64,000 nucleotides of DNA from Eledone cirrhosa (taxonomy: Eukaryota), in assembly GCA_964016885.1 (NCBI GenBank), contig OZ024740.1, positions 142,972,001 to 143,036,000 on the forward strand. The letters are read 5' to 3'. The position numbers were made by a program, and so were the translations under genes. The stretch's first letter is position 1; each line of letters opens with the position of its first letter. A model generated the notes under the pieces. The model had not been told where the DNA came from and did no database searches. It saw nothing but the letters and a program-made list of their open reading frames with translations. This document shows, one piece after another, positions 1 through 11,497 of the stretch.

Positions 1-36
1 GCTTCAAGTGAACTATAACTTCCTCCATATATATAT

Positions 37-673
37 GAGAAAAATGGAGCGCTGCGTGGTTGCACATAGGTTACATATGAATAACATTAGTCCTTCATGA
101 GTGATCTTCCAACTTTCATTGGTATTTCATCGCTTTAAAAATCATATACCTATGATTGGTGCGAGCAATAACAAATAAAGTTATTGGGACAAGTAAAATA
201 GGGTGAAACGAGCGAAACATGTAAACAAACAAAGATGGTATGGCAACGGAAAGATAGGAAGAGACAAGCACATGAAATCTGTAAGCTTAAGCTTGGTAAA
301 TTCATGGGCGAGAGATACAGACCATCCGAAATGGTGAGATGTGAGCGAGAAAAGGATTTCACACAGGTCAAACGAGAGGAAGTGAGAGAGGGGGAGAAGC
401 AGAGAGTGGGTGAGTGGAAGTGTGAGGAAGAGACCAGCAGAGAGAGAGAGTGTGACTGGCAGAGGGGGTAAAACGAGGAGAGAGAGTAAGAAAGAAACAG
501 ACAATCGCAGCTGAGGAAAAAATATAAATATGAGAAAAATGGAGCGCTGCGTGGTTGCACATGGGTTACATATGAATAAAATACATGTCCCAATAACTTT
601 ATTTGTTATTGCTCGCACCAACCAGAGGTATATGATTTTTAAAGCGATGAAATACCAATGAAAGTTGGAAGAT

Positions 674-676
<3 letters not shown>
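37..676. repeat. Direct plus inverted repeat block, probably a Penelope-type pseudo-LTR remnant
   Basis: About 37-85 recurs at about 531-578; about 102-191 is inverted at about 586-676; ends in (TA)n. Confidence 0.5.
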
Positions 677-740
<64 letters not shown>

Positions 741-745
741 TAAAA

Positions 746-1638
746 TCTATATATATAAAACTGTGGTTGTCTGTCTGTCTATCGATTTTTGGCACACTTC
801 TCCTCTTAGAATCTCTCACGGAATTGCACCGAAATTGCTATACTTGTACATTGAGCCCTAGCGAAGACATCGGAAAAAAAAAATGTCAAATTGACCCACC
901 CTATGTGACGAAATCGAATATAATATATCGATTTTTGAGCGTAAGTGATCAGTTATTTCCCTTTGTTCTGTTTACATTGAGCGTCTGCGTGCAAAAATTA
1001 AAAAAATTACGTTGGCTTTCTCAGCGTTTAAAATGACATTAACACAATACACGATTTAAAGACTACGTAAAACAAGCCTTTTAAAACAATATTTTTACTT
1101 GAAAACAAGTCTATTTAAAAACTACTTAAAACAAGCAAATATTTCGTAAAAAAAAGCAAAAATTATATAAGTTTAGATAAAATATATGTATCTGTAAATT
1201 TCGTTAGGCGTGCAGACAGACAGTCGTGCAGAGAGGTGATATAGGCGTGCAGACAGATAGTCGTGCAGAGAGGTGATATAGGCGTGCAGACAGACAGTCG
1301 TGCAGAGAGGTGATATAGGCGTGCAGACAGACATAACTGATAATTTGGTTACGCTAATGTTTTTCTCTGCGTTGCAGTGTTTACATTTTCGATCTTTGTT
1401 AATAAATAACCAGTGCAGTTTCTATCCCCAGCATCTTCTTTTGTTATAACATTCGGGTTATCGTTATGTTTTCTTAACTTCATAAGGCATATTGTTGGTT
1501 GAGGGAATATTAATCAAAAACACCACATGCAAGTCTGCACAGTAGACACTACAGTTTTTAAGCCAAGAAAGAAACTTAACATTGTAACTTTTACACAGCT
1601 ACTGAGCGACCCCGAGCAACGCCGGGCTTTACTGCTAG
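746..1638 (+). mobile_element. Non-autonomous Helitron
   Basis: Starts TC (TCTATATATATAAAA) and ends CTAG after a subterminal hairpin cccgagcaacgccggg. Inserted between A and T with no TSD; the empty site tacattaaaa|tatatgataaacac is seen intact at about 2184-2207. Second copy at about 61000-61932. Confidence 0.9.
1206..1333 (+). repeat. 37-bp minisatellite inside the Helitron (about 3.4 copies)
   Basis: Unit aggcgtgcagacagacagtcgtgcagagaggtgatat at 1206, 1243, 1280 and partial 1317. Confidence 0.9.
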
Positions 1639-3213
1639 TATATGATAAACACAAAACGTGTTTGCATTGCAACAGACAAAGTTAGCTATTAATGAAATAA
1701 ACTAATTAAAGTGAATACAATTTGTCTGTATCGATATAAGTCAATAAAAACAAGCTTATATTGGCAACGGCCATGATTCCTGGACAGATTTAAATTTCAA
1801 AATCCAAACCTGTTCCGTAGACGAATTTGAACCTCGAAACCTAAATCCGTTTCGCAACGGTGGTATGTGAATTGAAAAATAAAGAGAATCGAAATGGAAT
1901 TGAAATAAAAAGTGAAATAACCAAATCTTCTGTGCTTATCAACAGGAATCCAGTAAAATTAGTACATCTCACATCAAAAATTTTGCAGGTCTGACTACAC
2001 GTGTGTAATCAGGCCAAACTAGCCGTCCCGCATTCACGGTGCTAGAAATAACAGCCGTTTATGCGGGATTAAAGATCAGCTCTACAGTTAAGGAGCAATA
2101 TACTATATTATATTTTGAGAATAAACTCTCAGTCGTTTACAATAATCAAGCTCCAAGAAAAGGGGCATTTCCGAGCAGTTAAATACATTAAAATATATGA
2201 TAAACACAAAACGTGTTTGCATTGCAACAGACAAAGTTAGCTATTAATGAAATAAACTAATTAAAGTGAATAAAATTTGTCTGTCTCGATATAAGTCAAT
2301 AAAGACAAGCTTATATTGGCAACGGCCATGATTCCTGGACAGATTTAAATTTCAAAATCCAAGCCTGTTCCGTAGACGAATTTGAACCTCGAAACCTAAA
2401 TCCGTTTCGCAACGGTGGTATGTGAATTGAAAAATAAAGAGAATCGAAATGGAATTGAAATAAAAAGTGAAATAACCAAATCTTCTGTGCTTATCAACAG
2501 GAATCCAGTAAAATTAGTACATCTCACATCAAAAATGTTGCAGGTCTGACTACACGTGTGTAGTCAGACCAAACTAGCCGTCCCGCATTCACGGTGCCCC
2601 TTTTCTTGGAGCTTGATTATTGTAAACGACTGAGAGTTTATTCTCAAAATATAATATAGTATATTGCTCCTTAAATGTAGAGCTGATCTTTAATCCCGCA
2701 TAAACGGCTGTTATTTCTAGCACCGTGAATGCGGGACGGCTAGTTTGGCCTGACTACACACGTGTAGTCAGACCTGCAACATTTTTGATGTGAGATGTAC
2801 TAATTTTACTGGATTCCTGTTGATAAGCACAGAAGATTTGGTTATTTCACTTTTTATTTCAATTCCATTTCGATTCTCTTTATTTTTCAATTCACATACC
2901 ACCGTTGCGAAACGGATTTAGGTTTCGAGGTTCAAATTCGTCTACGGAACAGGTTTGGATTTTGAAATTTAAATCTGTCCAGGAATCATGGCCGTTGCCA
3001 ATATAAGCTTGTCTTTATTGACTTATATCGAGACAGACAAATTGTATTCACTTTAATTAGTTTATTTCATTAATAGCTAACTTTGTCTGTTGCAATGCAA
3101 ACACGTTTTGTGTTTATCATATATTTTAATGTATTTAACTGCTCGGAAATGCCCCTTTTCTTGGAGCTTGATTATTGTAAATGACTGAGAGTTTATTCTC
3201 AAAATATAATATA

Positions 3214-3217
<4 letters not shown>
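1639..3217. repeat. 555-bp unit in tandem (1.7 copies) followed by about 1.1 inverted, circularly permuted copies
   Basis: 1641-2195 repeats from 2196 to about 2596; 2594-3217 is the reverse complement and reads through the unit junction; ends in (TA)n. Confidence 0.9.
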
Positions 3218-3277
<60 letters not shown>

Positions 3278-3307
3278 AGAGAGAGAGATAGATAAAGAGA
3301 TAGATAC

Positions 3308-3374
<67 letters not shown>

Positions 3375-3625
3375 TCTTTCTTTATTTGCCACAGGGGCGT
3401 ACAAAAATGGGACATTACAAGACGTGACGGCGGGGGTTTTAGATAAAAATAACTTTAACATTAATAAATAACAATAAACAATATATAATAAAATAACAAT
3501 TGAAATCCCCAGTAGGGGGGAACGTTACTGCAGGGTTGTTTTACACCCCGTGGATAGAACAACCCTCAACACCAGGAACACGTTTTGTAGGTGTTCCTGT
3601 CTTCCCTCTGTTTATCTTCCTCAAC

Positions 3626-6600
3626 CTACAGGTTTATATACAGAGAAGGTCCATTCACTCGGGCCATTTTTGCCACATTCACCCACCTTTCAGCGAATTT
3701 AATGGGGTGTAGCACCTCTCTCTCCACTCTCACCTTCCTTCTGAAATGATACTTAATGAAGGGGATAAGTTGTTGACCGGAGAGAAAGGTGTTTGCCCTC
3801 AGTCCTTTTAACCTCGTCCACCATATTACCTCTTTCGCCATAGCCACCAGACAGAGGAAAACCGCCTCTCCTTCGTTCTTAAATGAAGGCGGCGGGGTGA
3901 TCCTCACGATGGACTCGGCTGACAACTGGATGCGTCCACACGTGACAGCAGCTGTTCGACATAATTCCACAGGTCGGTCACCCCTGGGCACTGAACAATT
4001 GCGTGCAGAACGGTTTCGATGTCCTGCTCGAATCTTGGACAGGTCCTTTTGGCAGGATCTCTGCCAGGGCGTCCGTGCCTGTAGATTTTGTCTCGAACTG
4101 TAGAGCTCCTCGGTAGCACTGCCAGGCCAGAGACCTCTGGAAGTTATCCATAGGCCCCGGACGGAAAGTCTTCCCGAACAGACTGGTCAGTTCGTCCTCC
4201 TAGAGTTTCCCCGAGAACATCGTCGCACTTATCCTCCACTAATCCCCTATAGAATGTCGAAGTGGAGTCTCCGCTGAATGCCGTTTCCGCTTGGTAGAGG
4301 GCTGTGAGCGCCTGTAGGCACTCGAGGTGCCAGGCACCCATTTTCGGTCTTTTCTTGACCCAGGACTGCAGCTCTGTTAGTGAGACGAGTTGTGGAAGAG
4401 CTTGTCTCACAAGCGACAGCCACACCGGTTCACCGGTCAGGAATACCTGGAGATGGCGTAGCCTCAGCGCATGTTTGCGCATCATCAGCCACGACATGCC
4501 CAGCCCTCCGTTAGAAGGGTGTTGACAGCAGATGGATCTCCTCATCAATGGAGCCTGTTTCTTCCAGAGGAACTTGAAGAGTAGGCGTTCCATTTTGGTA
4601 AGGTATTCGCGGGGTTAAGGCACGACTGTCAAGCGGTAGTAGATGACGGACGCTATGTAAGTGTTCGCCACCTCCGCTCGACCTTTCAAGGAGAGTTTGC
4701 ACTCAGCCCACTCAGCCGTGACCTCGTTCCAGTTCTTGTCCACCTGGAGATCTGGACCGAACCAGACCCCGAGCAATTCCACCGGTCCTTCCGTCAAGCG
4801 TCCAACGACACTGTCGGAAGGCATGGATTTGCCTCTCCATGTGCCGAGTTGCAAACCGACAGACTTGTTTGGGTTTAGTCTTGCTCCTGTCAACGTTTCG
4901 TATTCCTGTAATAGGTTGCCGATTACCCTGATTTCCGAGGTTTTCGACACTATTAGGGTTATGTCGTCGGCATAGGCCAACGCTGCTTTCTGCAATCCTG
5001 GTTCGATCGGGATGCCCTGCAACAGCTCCAATTTCCGCAGTAACGGCTCGAGAGTCAGTACATACAGAATGGAGGAGAGAGGGCATCCCTGACGGATGGA
5101 ACGCATGATTTGGAATGGCTCTGATAGGTAGCCAGTCACCTTGACTGCCGAGCAGATGCTGGTGTGCATGGCAGCGATCCAGCCTCTGAAGACGGGACCG
5201 AAGCCGGCCGCCTTGAGAACTGCTTCCAAGTATTGATGGTCGACCCTATCAAATGCCTTAGACTGATCTAAATTTATCAGAGCCCCACCAAAGCCAGGTT
5301 TACACCCTACCCTCTCTATGATGTATCGCTTGAGGTGGAGGTTGTCGTGTATGGACCTGGTCGGGATTGCACACGTTTGGGCTTCCCCTACCAAGTTCTC
5401 GACGACAAGCACCAGCCTTGCTGCTAACACCTTGGCCAAAATCTTTAACTCTGTGTTGAGCAGAGTTATGGGCCTGAAATTGCTTATCTCATCCCCTTGT
5501 TCTCATCTTTCCTGATCAGCGTTACTACGCCTTTGCCTATAGAACTGAGAATCCTCCCGTTCTGCTGCCAGTTGCAGTAGACCGCTTCGAGGACGCCAGA
5601 GAACAAGTCTGGCATGCCTAGTTAAAACTCATAGGGTAGACCATCTAAACCGGGTGATTCGCGTTTCCCGCAGCGGCCTAGGGCATCTTCTATTTCGCCC
5701 TCTGTGATCGGCCTTTCGCAGCTCTCCGCATCCGTGCTCGAGAGACGCGGTACGCCGTCGAGGTAGGAGCTGAAGTCCATCACCTCGCTCGATGTACCGC
5801 TTTGCCCGAACAGTTGTGCAAAATGCTGCTGGAAGGCCGCGCACATCTGCTTGGATTCAAGTATAATGCGTCCATCTTTGTCTTGCAAAGACCGAATTGT
5901 GGATTTGTTGCCACTTTTCGCCTCTGCCACTCGGGCCCAACTAACAGCTTTGGCTCCCTCGTTTCTTAGAGCACGTGTTCTACTTCTGACAATACAACCT
6001 TCGTGTTTCACGTTGAAGAACTGGTCTAGTGTCGTTCTCGCCGCTAGCACGTCAGCTGTACTGCCATTCTTAAGTGCCTCTTCTATTTTAGCTACCAGTT
6101 CTTTTTCAGTTTTGTTTTTTTCTAAAGCTACTTCGTTGCTAAATGCTATCAATTCTATTCTAATTGCTCTCTTGAGAGAGCTCCACCACCTGTTGTTGAC
6201 AATCGCCCCCATCAACTGGCACTTAACTAAGGTGCTAATCTGTTTACTGTAGGCCTTACGCGCCGGGAGCGACATGTTTAGCTTCCAGTATCCGGGTCCC
6301 TGTCTATGTGTTCTATTAAGGTTGACTACGCAGGTGACTAATTTGTGGTCTGATTAGGCAACCATGTGCATTTGTGACAGCTTAATGTTTCCTTATCATT
6401 CTGTCTAATTAAAAATCTATCTAAATACGATCTAGAAGACCCAGTGCGGTTGCTCCACGTCCACAGTGGTGCACTTGGGAAATCTAGTCGATATCTATCA
6501 GCCAGTTGGAATTGGCTGATGAGATTTTTTAGGCTATTACACCCCCCCCCCCCTCTATTATCACAAACTCCTACATAGTCCCAACATGCGTCTAAGATGC

Positions 6601-7030
6601 CATTCCAGTCCCCCGCTAACACTAAGGAGCGAGACGCTCCCAGGAATGGCTCCAGACACTTGAAGAACTCTGGTCGCGATGTCCCAGTCGGGGCATATAC
6701 GGCCACCAGGCTGAAAGCTCCACCTTCACTACCATTCACGTCCAGGACCACCAGGCTGCCCTCCGGGTTCAACTGAATCGTCTGTATTTTGAGATCCAAG
6801 TTTTTTCGAAACAGAACAGCAACTCCCCCTCCACCTCCTGGCTGACAGAGAGATGCGTAGATCTTAAAATCATCGAACATGGGGGTTAGCTGCTGCTTGT
6901 CGTGAATTCTGCACTCGGTGATGGCTATTACATCTATACAATGTGACCTGAGACCATTTAAAAGCTGGCCCTGTTTCCAGGACATGCCCAGGCCACGTAC
7001 ATTCAAACATCCAGCTTGTATAGTCGCCAT
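3626..7030 (-). pseudogene. Tx1 ORF2 (APE endonuclease plus reverse transcriptase), disrupted
   Basis: APE motifs LNVRG, VYAP, GDWN, YLDR; RT motifs SPGLDGLPYEF, LDQSKAFDRVDH, RQGCPLS, AYADD; C-terminal CPRF..ETVLHAIVQCP. Confidence 0.9.
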
Positions 7031-7070
7031 GTTGGTGAAGAAGAGTTAAGGAGAGAAAAGGGAGGAACAC

Positions 7071-8427
7071 TTACCTTTTCGTTTCCCGGAGGTCGGGTTG
7101 TTCGATCTCCATGTCCAGATTGGTGGTGTTTGGGGAGGGAGGGAATCCTTTTAGCAAGACACGGTTAAGGGGCTTTTGGCAAGGGGGACCCACATCATGT
7201 GGGAAGTTCTCTTTTAAAGTTTCATACTGTAGGGTTGTTACCCTGATAAGTTTGAGGTTTGGGGGTGGGTCGTTGGTTTTCCCTTCCGTTTGTATTGTGG
7301 GGTCCTTTCGGACAGTTTCCACCAGTTCTTTGTTTCTTGTTTTTGTGTATGTGTAGTGTGTTTTGTTTTTTATGTGTACTGTTTCTCTTTGTAGTTTTAT
7401 TTTTGTGGTTGGGGTTTGTGATTGTGGTGGTGTGGGTGTTTGTTTTGTTGGTGAAGTGTTTGGTTGTGTTGGTGGTGATTGTGTTGTTGGTGTGTTTGTC
7501 GTTTGTGGCGGTGTGTTTATGGTGGGGTTGGGTGTGTGCGTGTTTTCTGTAGATGTTTTTGTCTTTTTTGTTTTTTTGGATTTTTGGGGTTCCTCTTCAT
7601 TCTCACTTGGAGATGTAGAGGTTGCCGTATCTGAGACTTCTGAATCAGGGGTAGATGGGAGGGGTATGTTGTGTAGTGGAGTGCTTGTGTAGGTGTTTGT
7701 GGAAGTATTTGACAGGGGGGGGGGGAGAGGCAATGGAGGGTTTTTCAGTGGGATTTTGTGTGTGTGGTTGTCTCTGGTCTGTGGTGGTGTGGGAGTGGAT
7801 GTTGCAGGTGTTTGTGTTGTTTGGTTTGGAGTGTTGATGTTGGGGTTTTGGTGTTGGTAATAACACCTTGTTTGTCCTCGGTTTGTTTAAGAGAGGGCAA
7901 AAGGCCTTTAAGTGTGTGGTTTTCCCACACTTATGGCACTGAGGTCTTTTCCCCTCCTCTAAAATGGAGATGACATCTTCCTCAAGGACGATCCTGTCCG
8001 GTATTTTATCAACTCTCTCTGGCCTTATTTGTACCAGAACCTCTATGCAGGTTCCAAACCAGTTATGCCGGTCTGTCCTGTCTACAGATAGGAGGGTGAC
8101 CTCATCCTTCTTCAGGATGCAGCGTAGGATCCACCATATGTTGACCTCTGCTGGGATCCTGGTTATTTTTATTTTGTAGGATCTTCTTCCCATGTATGTG
8201 GAGAAGATGTGTTGACCCGTTTTTATTGGGTGAACCAAGTGTTTTTGTGCCAGAGTTTCACTCTTAAAGAGCACTGACACACTTCCATACTGTTTACCTC
8301 TTTGGAGGTATGCCACGTCTGGCTTGTTGTCTTTTAGTGCAGCTTCGATAGTGCTTGTTGGGAGCATTATGGTTTTTTTGGTAGTGATGTCAACTGTTCT
8401 ATAAATTAGCTTCTTTTTCTGTGTCAT
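7071..8427 (-). pseudogene. Tx1 ORF1 (gag-like, zinc knuckle, Pro/Thr-rich tail), frameshifted at a G run
   Basis: MTQKKKLIY... CHKCGKTTHLKAFC; frame switch near the poly-G at about 7715-7726 links ORFs 7645-8565 and 7071-7733. Confidence 0.75.
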
Positions 8428-8467
8428 TTCTCTTACTTGTGGGGGTATGTGTATGTGTATGTGTATG

Positions 8468-8545
<78 letters not shown>

Positions 8546-8699
8546 TGTTCTTTCATTACACTCACTCATTTCGAAAAAAACTTTTTTTTCAAATTACATC
8601 GGTTCGTTATTCTATACGTCTACCATGAACAGTTTATGAGTCATGATATACACACAGCTACACACACACATGCACACACATGCGTGCTTGTGTACGGGG

Positions 8700-9437
8700 A
8701 GGGAGTATCAGGTGTAGTGTTGGCGAATATCGGGAAGCATGAATATTTTAAAGGATGAAGTGTCCCGACAGCTAACAACTGATGCAGGTAGTTTGTTCCA
8801 TGCTTCAGCAATTCTGAGATGAAAAAATGTTTCCGAAAGTCATAGGAGCTGTACTGTTTTCTGATTTTGTAAGCATGTCCACGGGTGTTAGACATATGGA
8901 ATTCAAAAAGGTACCCAGGGCTGTTGTTGGCAAGATGGTTAATAATCTTGTGGGTGACTACCAAGTTAGTTGCCAGACGTCGGGGCTTTAATGTATCCAT
9001 GCCCAGGAAGCAAGATGTTCAAAGTATGATACATGCCCGATGGAGGGTATTCGTTTGGTTGCACGTCTCTGAACAGCTTCCAGGAGACCAATATTCTGAG
9101 CAAGATAGGAGTTCCAGACTGGTGATGTAAATCCTAAATGTGGCCACACCATAGCTATATACAGCTTTAAATAGATAGCTGGAGAGCGGTTGACAAAGGT
9201 CTTACTGAGTGATGCTAAAACAACCTCGGCCTTCTTGACAATTTTAGAGATGTGCTTTGTCCAACGCAAATTGCTGTTGATAACAATGCTCAGGTCGCAT
9301 TCACAAGAAGACTTCTTGAGATTGGTGTTGTGGATGGAGTAAGTAAAAGCTGGGTTTTTATTCCCCAAATGCATGGTGGCACACTTGTCCACAACCAACT
9401 TTAGTTTCCAGTCTGTAATCCATTTAACTAAAGTCAT
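8700..9437 (-). mobile_element. CR1/L2-clade LINE 3' fragment
   Basis: KCATMHLG, LYIAMVWPHL..SPVWN, LEAVQRRATKRIP, NTRGHAYKI..RKHFF: typical CR1-like RT C-terminus. Confidence 0.8.
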
Positions 9438-9836
9438 TTTTGCTTGTAGATATAATACACGCTGCTTACTTTTGCGGTAGTTGTCCTGTACTCTACTGGT
9501 TCGAATATTTATAGAAATGTTGTGAATATGATTAAGATATTGTATTTTTTTTCATTTACTGGTTTCACTCATTAGACTGCGGCTATTCTGGGGCACCGCA
9601 GACAGAATGGAGAAGGCGTTTCCTGTATACGAGCGATAAATGGCTGGCTTTGCCACATTTAAAAAATAAAAAAAATTTCGCTCTACATGGATGAATACAA
9701 TAAATGTAATCTGAGTTTTTCGAATATTAATAATAACATTCGATTCTTTGCAATTATGCAAATACGCCTCATTTTTAAAGCCATGTCAGTAGAATGAACC
9801 CTTCATTTTTGCTCTTATGCTGGCACTAATGTTTCT

Positions 9837-9861
9837 GGGTTAGGGTTAGAGTTAGGGTTAG
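9837..9861 (+). repeat. Interstitial telomeric repeat, about 4 TTAGGG units
   Basis: gggttagggttagagttagggttag. Confidence 0.7.
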
Positions 9862-10149
9862 TAATATTTGAAAAACTCAGATTACATTTATTGTATTCAG
9901 CCATGTAGAGCGAAAATCTTTTTATATTTTTTTTTTTAATGTGGCAAAGCCGGCCATTTATCGCTCGTAAACAGGAAACTGACTGGCCAGTCTGCTAATA
10001 TGCAGATCTGACTGATCAGCCAGTCTGCTAATATGCAGATCTGACTGATCAGCCAGTCTGCTAATATGCAAATCAGGCCGATCAGTCACTGTATATTTTA
10101 GAAAATAGCATATATTTTCACTAGCTCTGACAGTTGGCAGGTGAACAGT

Positions 10150-10199
10150 GAGCTGTACTGATGAAGGGTGATACCCAGAAACATTAGTGTCTGCAGTTC
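10150..10199 (+). ncRNA. Type I hammerhead ribozyme
   Basis: Stem I gagctgta/tgcagttc (8 bp with G-U); CTGATGA; stem II gggt-gat-accc with an A.A mismatch at its base; GAA; stem III aca-ttag-tgt; GUC cleavage triplet (C10191). Confidence 0.8.
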
Positions 10200-10352
10200 T
10201 GTTTACATGCTAACATAAGGGCAAGAATGAAGGGTCCATTCTACTGACAAGGCTTTAAAAATGAGGCTTGTTTGCATAATTACAAACGAATCGAATGTTA
10301 TTATTAATATTCGAAAAACTCAGATTACATTTATTCAGCCATGTAGAGCGAA

Positions 10353-10408
<56 letters not shown>

Positions 10409-10740
10409 TGGGTGATGTCTAAAAACATCTGACTGATAAAATGACTAGTCAGTCAATCATATTGGTGGCCTCCCCACAGCCCCAGCGGACAGCATTATAT
10501 TATATTTCTTTTTTTACAACTGTAAATAAACAACTTATGCTTTAAAAAAAATTATAAGCAAAAAGTATAAAAGCTTAGGTTTTATCAAAGTGTTAGCAAT
10601 TTAATTTAGGATAAGTTAAATGTAAAAGACTTCATGAACATATTTTATTGCCTTTTATTCTTTTTAAGCTTGTCATTCAAGATAGTGGAGAAAGAGGAGG
10701 GTTGAGCTTCAATCTTTTATACCATAATAAAAACTCAACC

Positions 10741-10929
10741 AATAATTGTTTCTTCTTTTGGCACGAGGCCAGCAAATTCTCCAGTGAATTACTGGTGCTT
10801 TATTTTATCAACCCCGTGAGGATGAAAGGCAAAGTTAACCTCGTCGGGATTTGAACTCAGAACGTAATGGGCCGTAACTCTATGTTGCAAAGCATGGTCT
10901 CTGACGCTCTACCAATACTGCCAATCCAC
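10741..10929 (-). mobile_element. tRNA-derived SINE family A (Meta-domain-like core)
   Basis: A box tggcagtattgg, B box gagttcaaatccc, core gttaactttgcctttcatcct..ggggtcgataaaataaagtaccag; many copies in the window. Confidence 0.85.
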
Positions 10930-10934
10930 GTGAA

Positions 10935-11225
10935 CTTTTTGCTTCTTCCTACATCCTGGATGCTGCGGTTAGGGTGAGAGCCACAGCTTCTGCAACCGAA
11001 CGGAACAAAATCCTAAAATACCGTGATCTGTCGGCCAACTACATTTTCCAGCCTGTGGCGTTCGAGACGTTTGAGGGAGTCGGCTACTGACTGCGAGATT
11101 CCTATCTTCACTGGCGGCTCGCCTAACAGAGGTAACTTATGAAGCTCGTGAGGGCGCTTTGTTGTTCCAGTGCATCAGCCTCGCCATCACCCGAGGTAAC
11201 GCTGTGAACGTGATGGCTTGCCTCA
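10935..11225 (+). mobile_element. CRE-like (RLE endonuclease) LINE 3' fragment
   Basis: Translates as ..ASATERNKILKYRDLSANYIFQPVAFETF..FLFQCISLAITRGNA; homologous to 44965-45480. Confidence 0.7.
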
Positions 11226-11497
11226 AAATTTATTAGAGAGGTTTCCCAGTTATACTGTTATCTTTTACTCTGGTGGCGACTCTGTTGACACCCCTTTCGC
11301 CTGCCTTTTGTTGTATGTGGTCCCACATGTGTGTGCTAACCGCTTCTGTGGGATTTTTTTCTTTTTTCTTTTCTCTTCTTTTTCCTCTTTCTTTTTTTTT
11401 TTTGTTGTTTTCCCTTTCCTTTTGTTTGTGCTTTCGTTCAGTAAGCATTGTATTGTATTTCATGTTTTATACAACTGCGAATAAAGTATTATTAGTG

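Larger units (their letters stand above)
3375..8467 (-). mobile_element. Near full-length Tx1/L1-clade non-LTR retrotransposon, degenerate
   Basis: ORF1 with CCHC knuckle; ORF2 with APE, RT and C-terminal Cys motif; AATAAA at the 3' end; flanked on both sides by (GATA)n. Confidence 0.9.
9618..10353 (+). mobile_element. Non-coding hammerhead-bearing repeat (Penelope pLTR- or retrozyme-like) with inverted and direct copies
   Basis: 9618-9840 is inverted relative to 9862-9980 and 10173-10353; about 9863-9915 is a direct repeat of about 10305-10353; internal 33-bp tandem at about 9986-10075; ends in (TA)n. Confidence 0.65.

Noticed and set aside
1206-1333. 37-bp repeats resembling a CRISPR array (also 61426-61627, and the 33-bp repeats at about 9986)
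   Set aside because: Head-to-tail repeats with no unique spacers, no cas genes, eukaryotic context.
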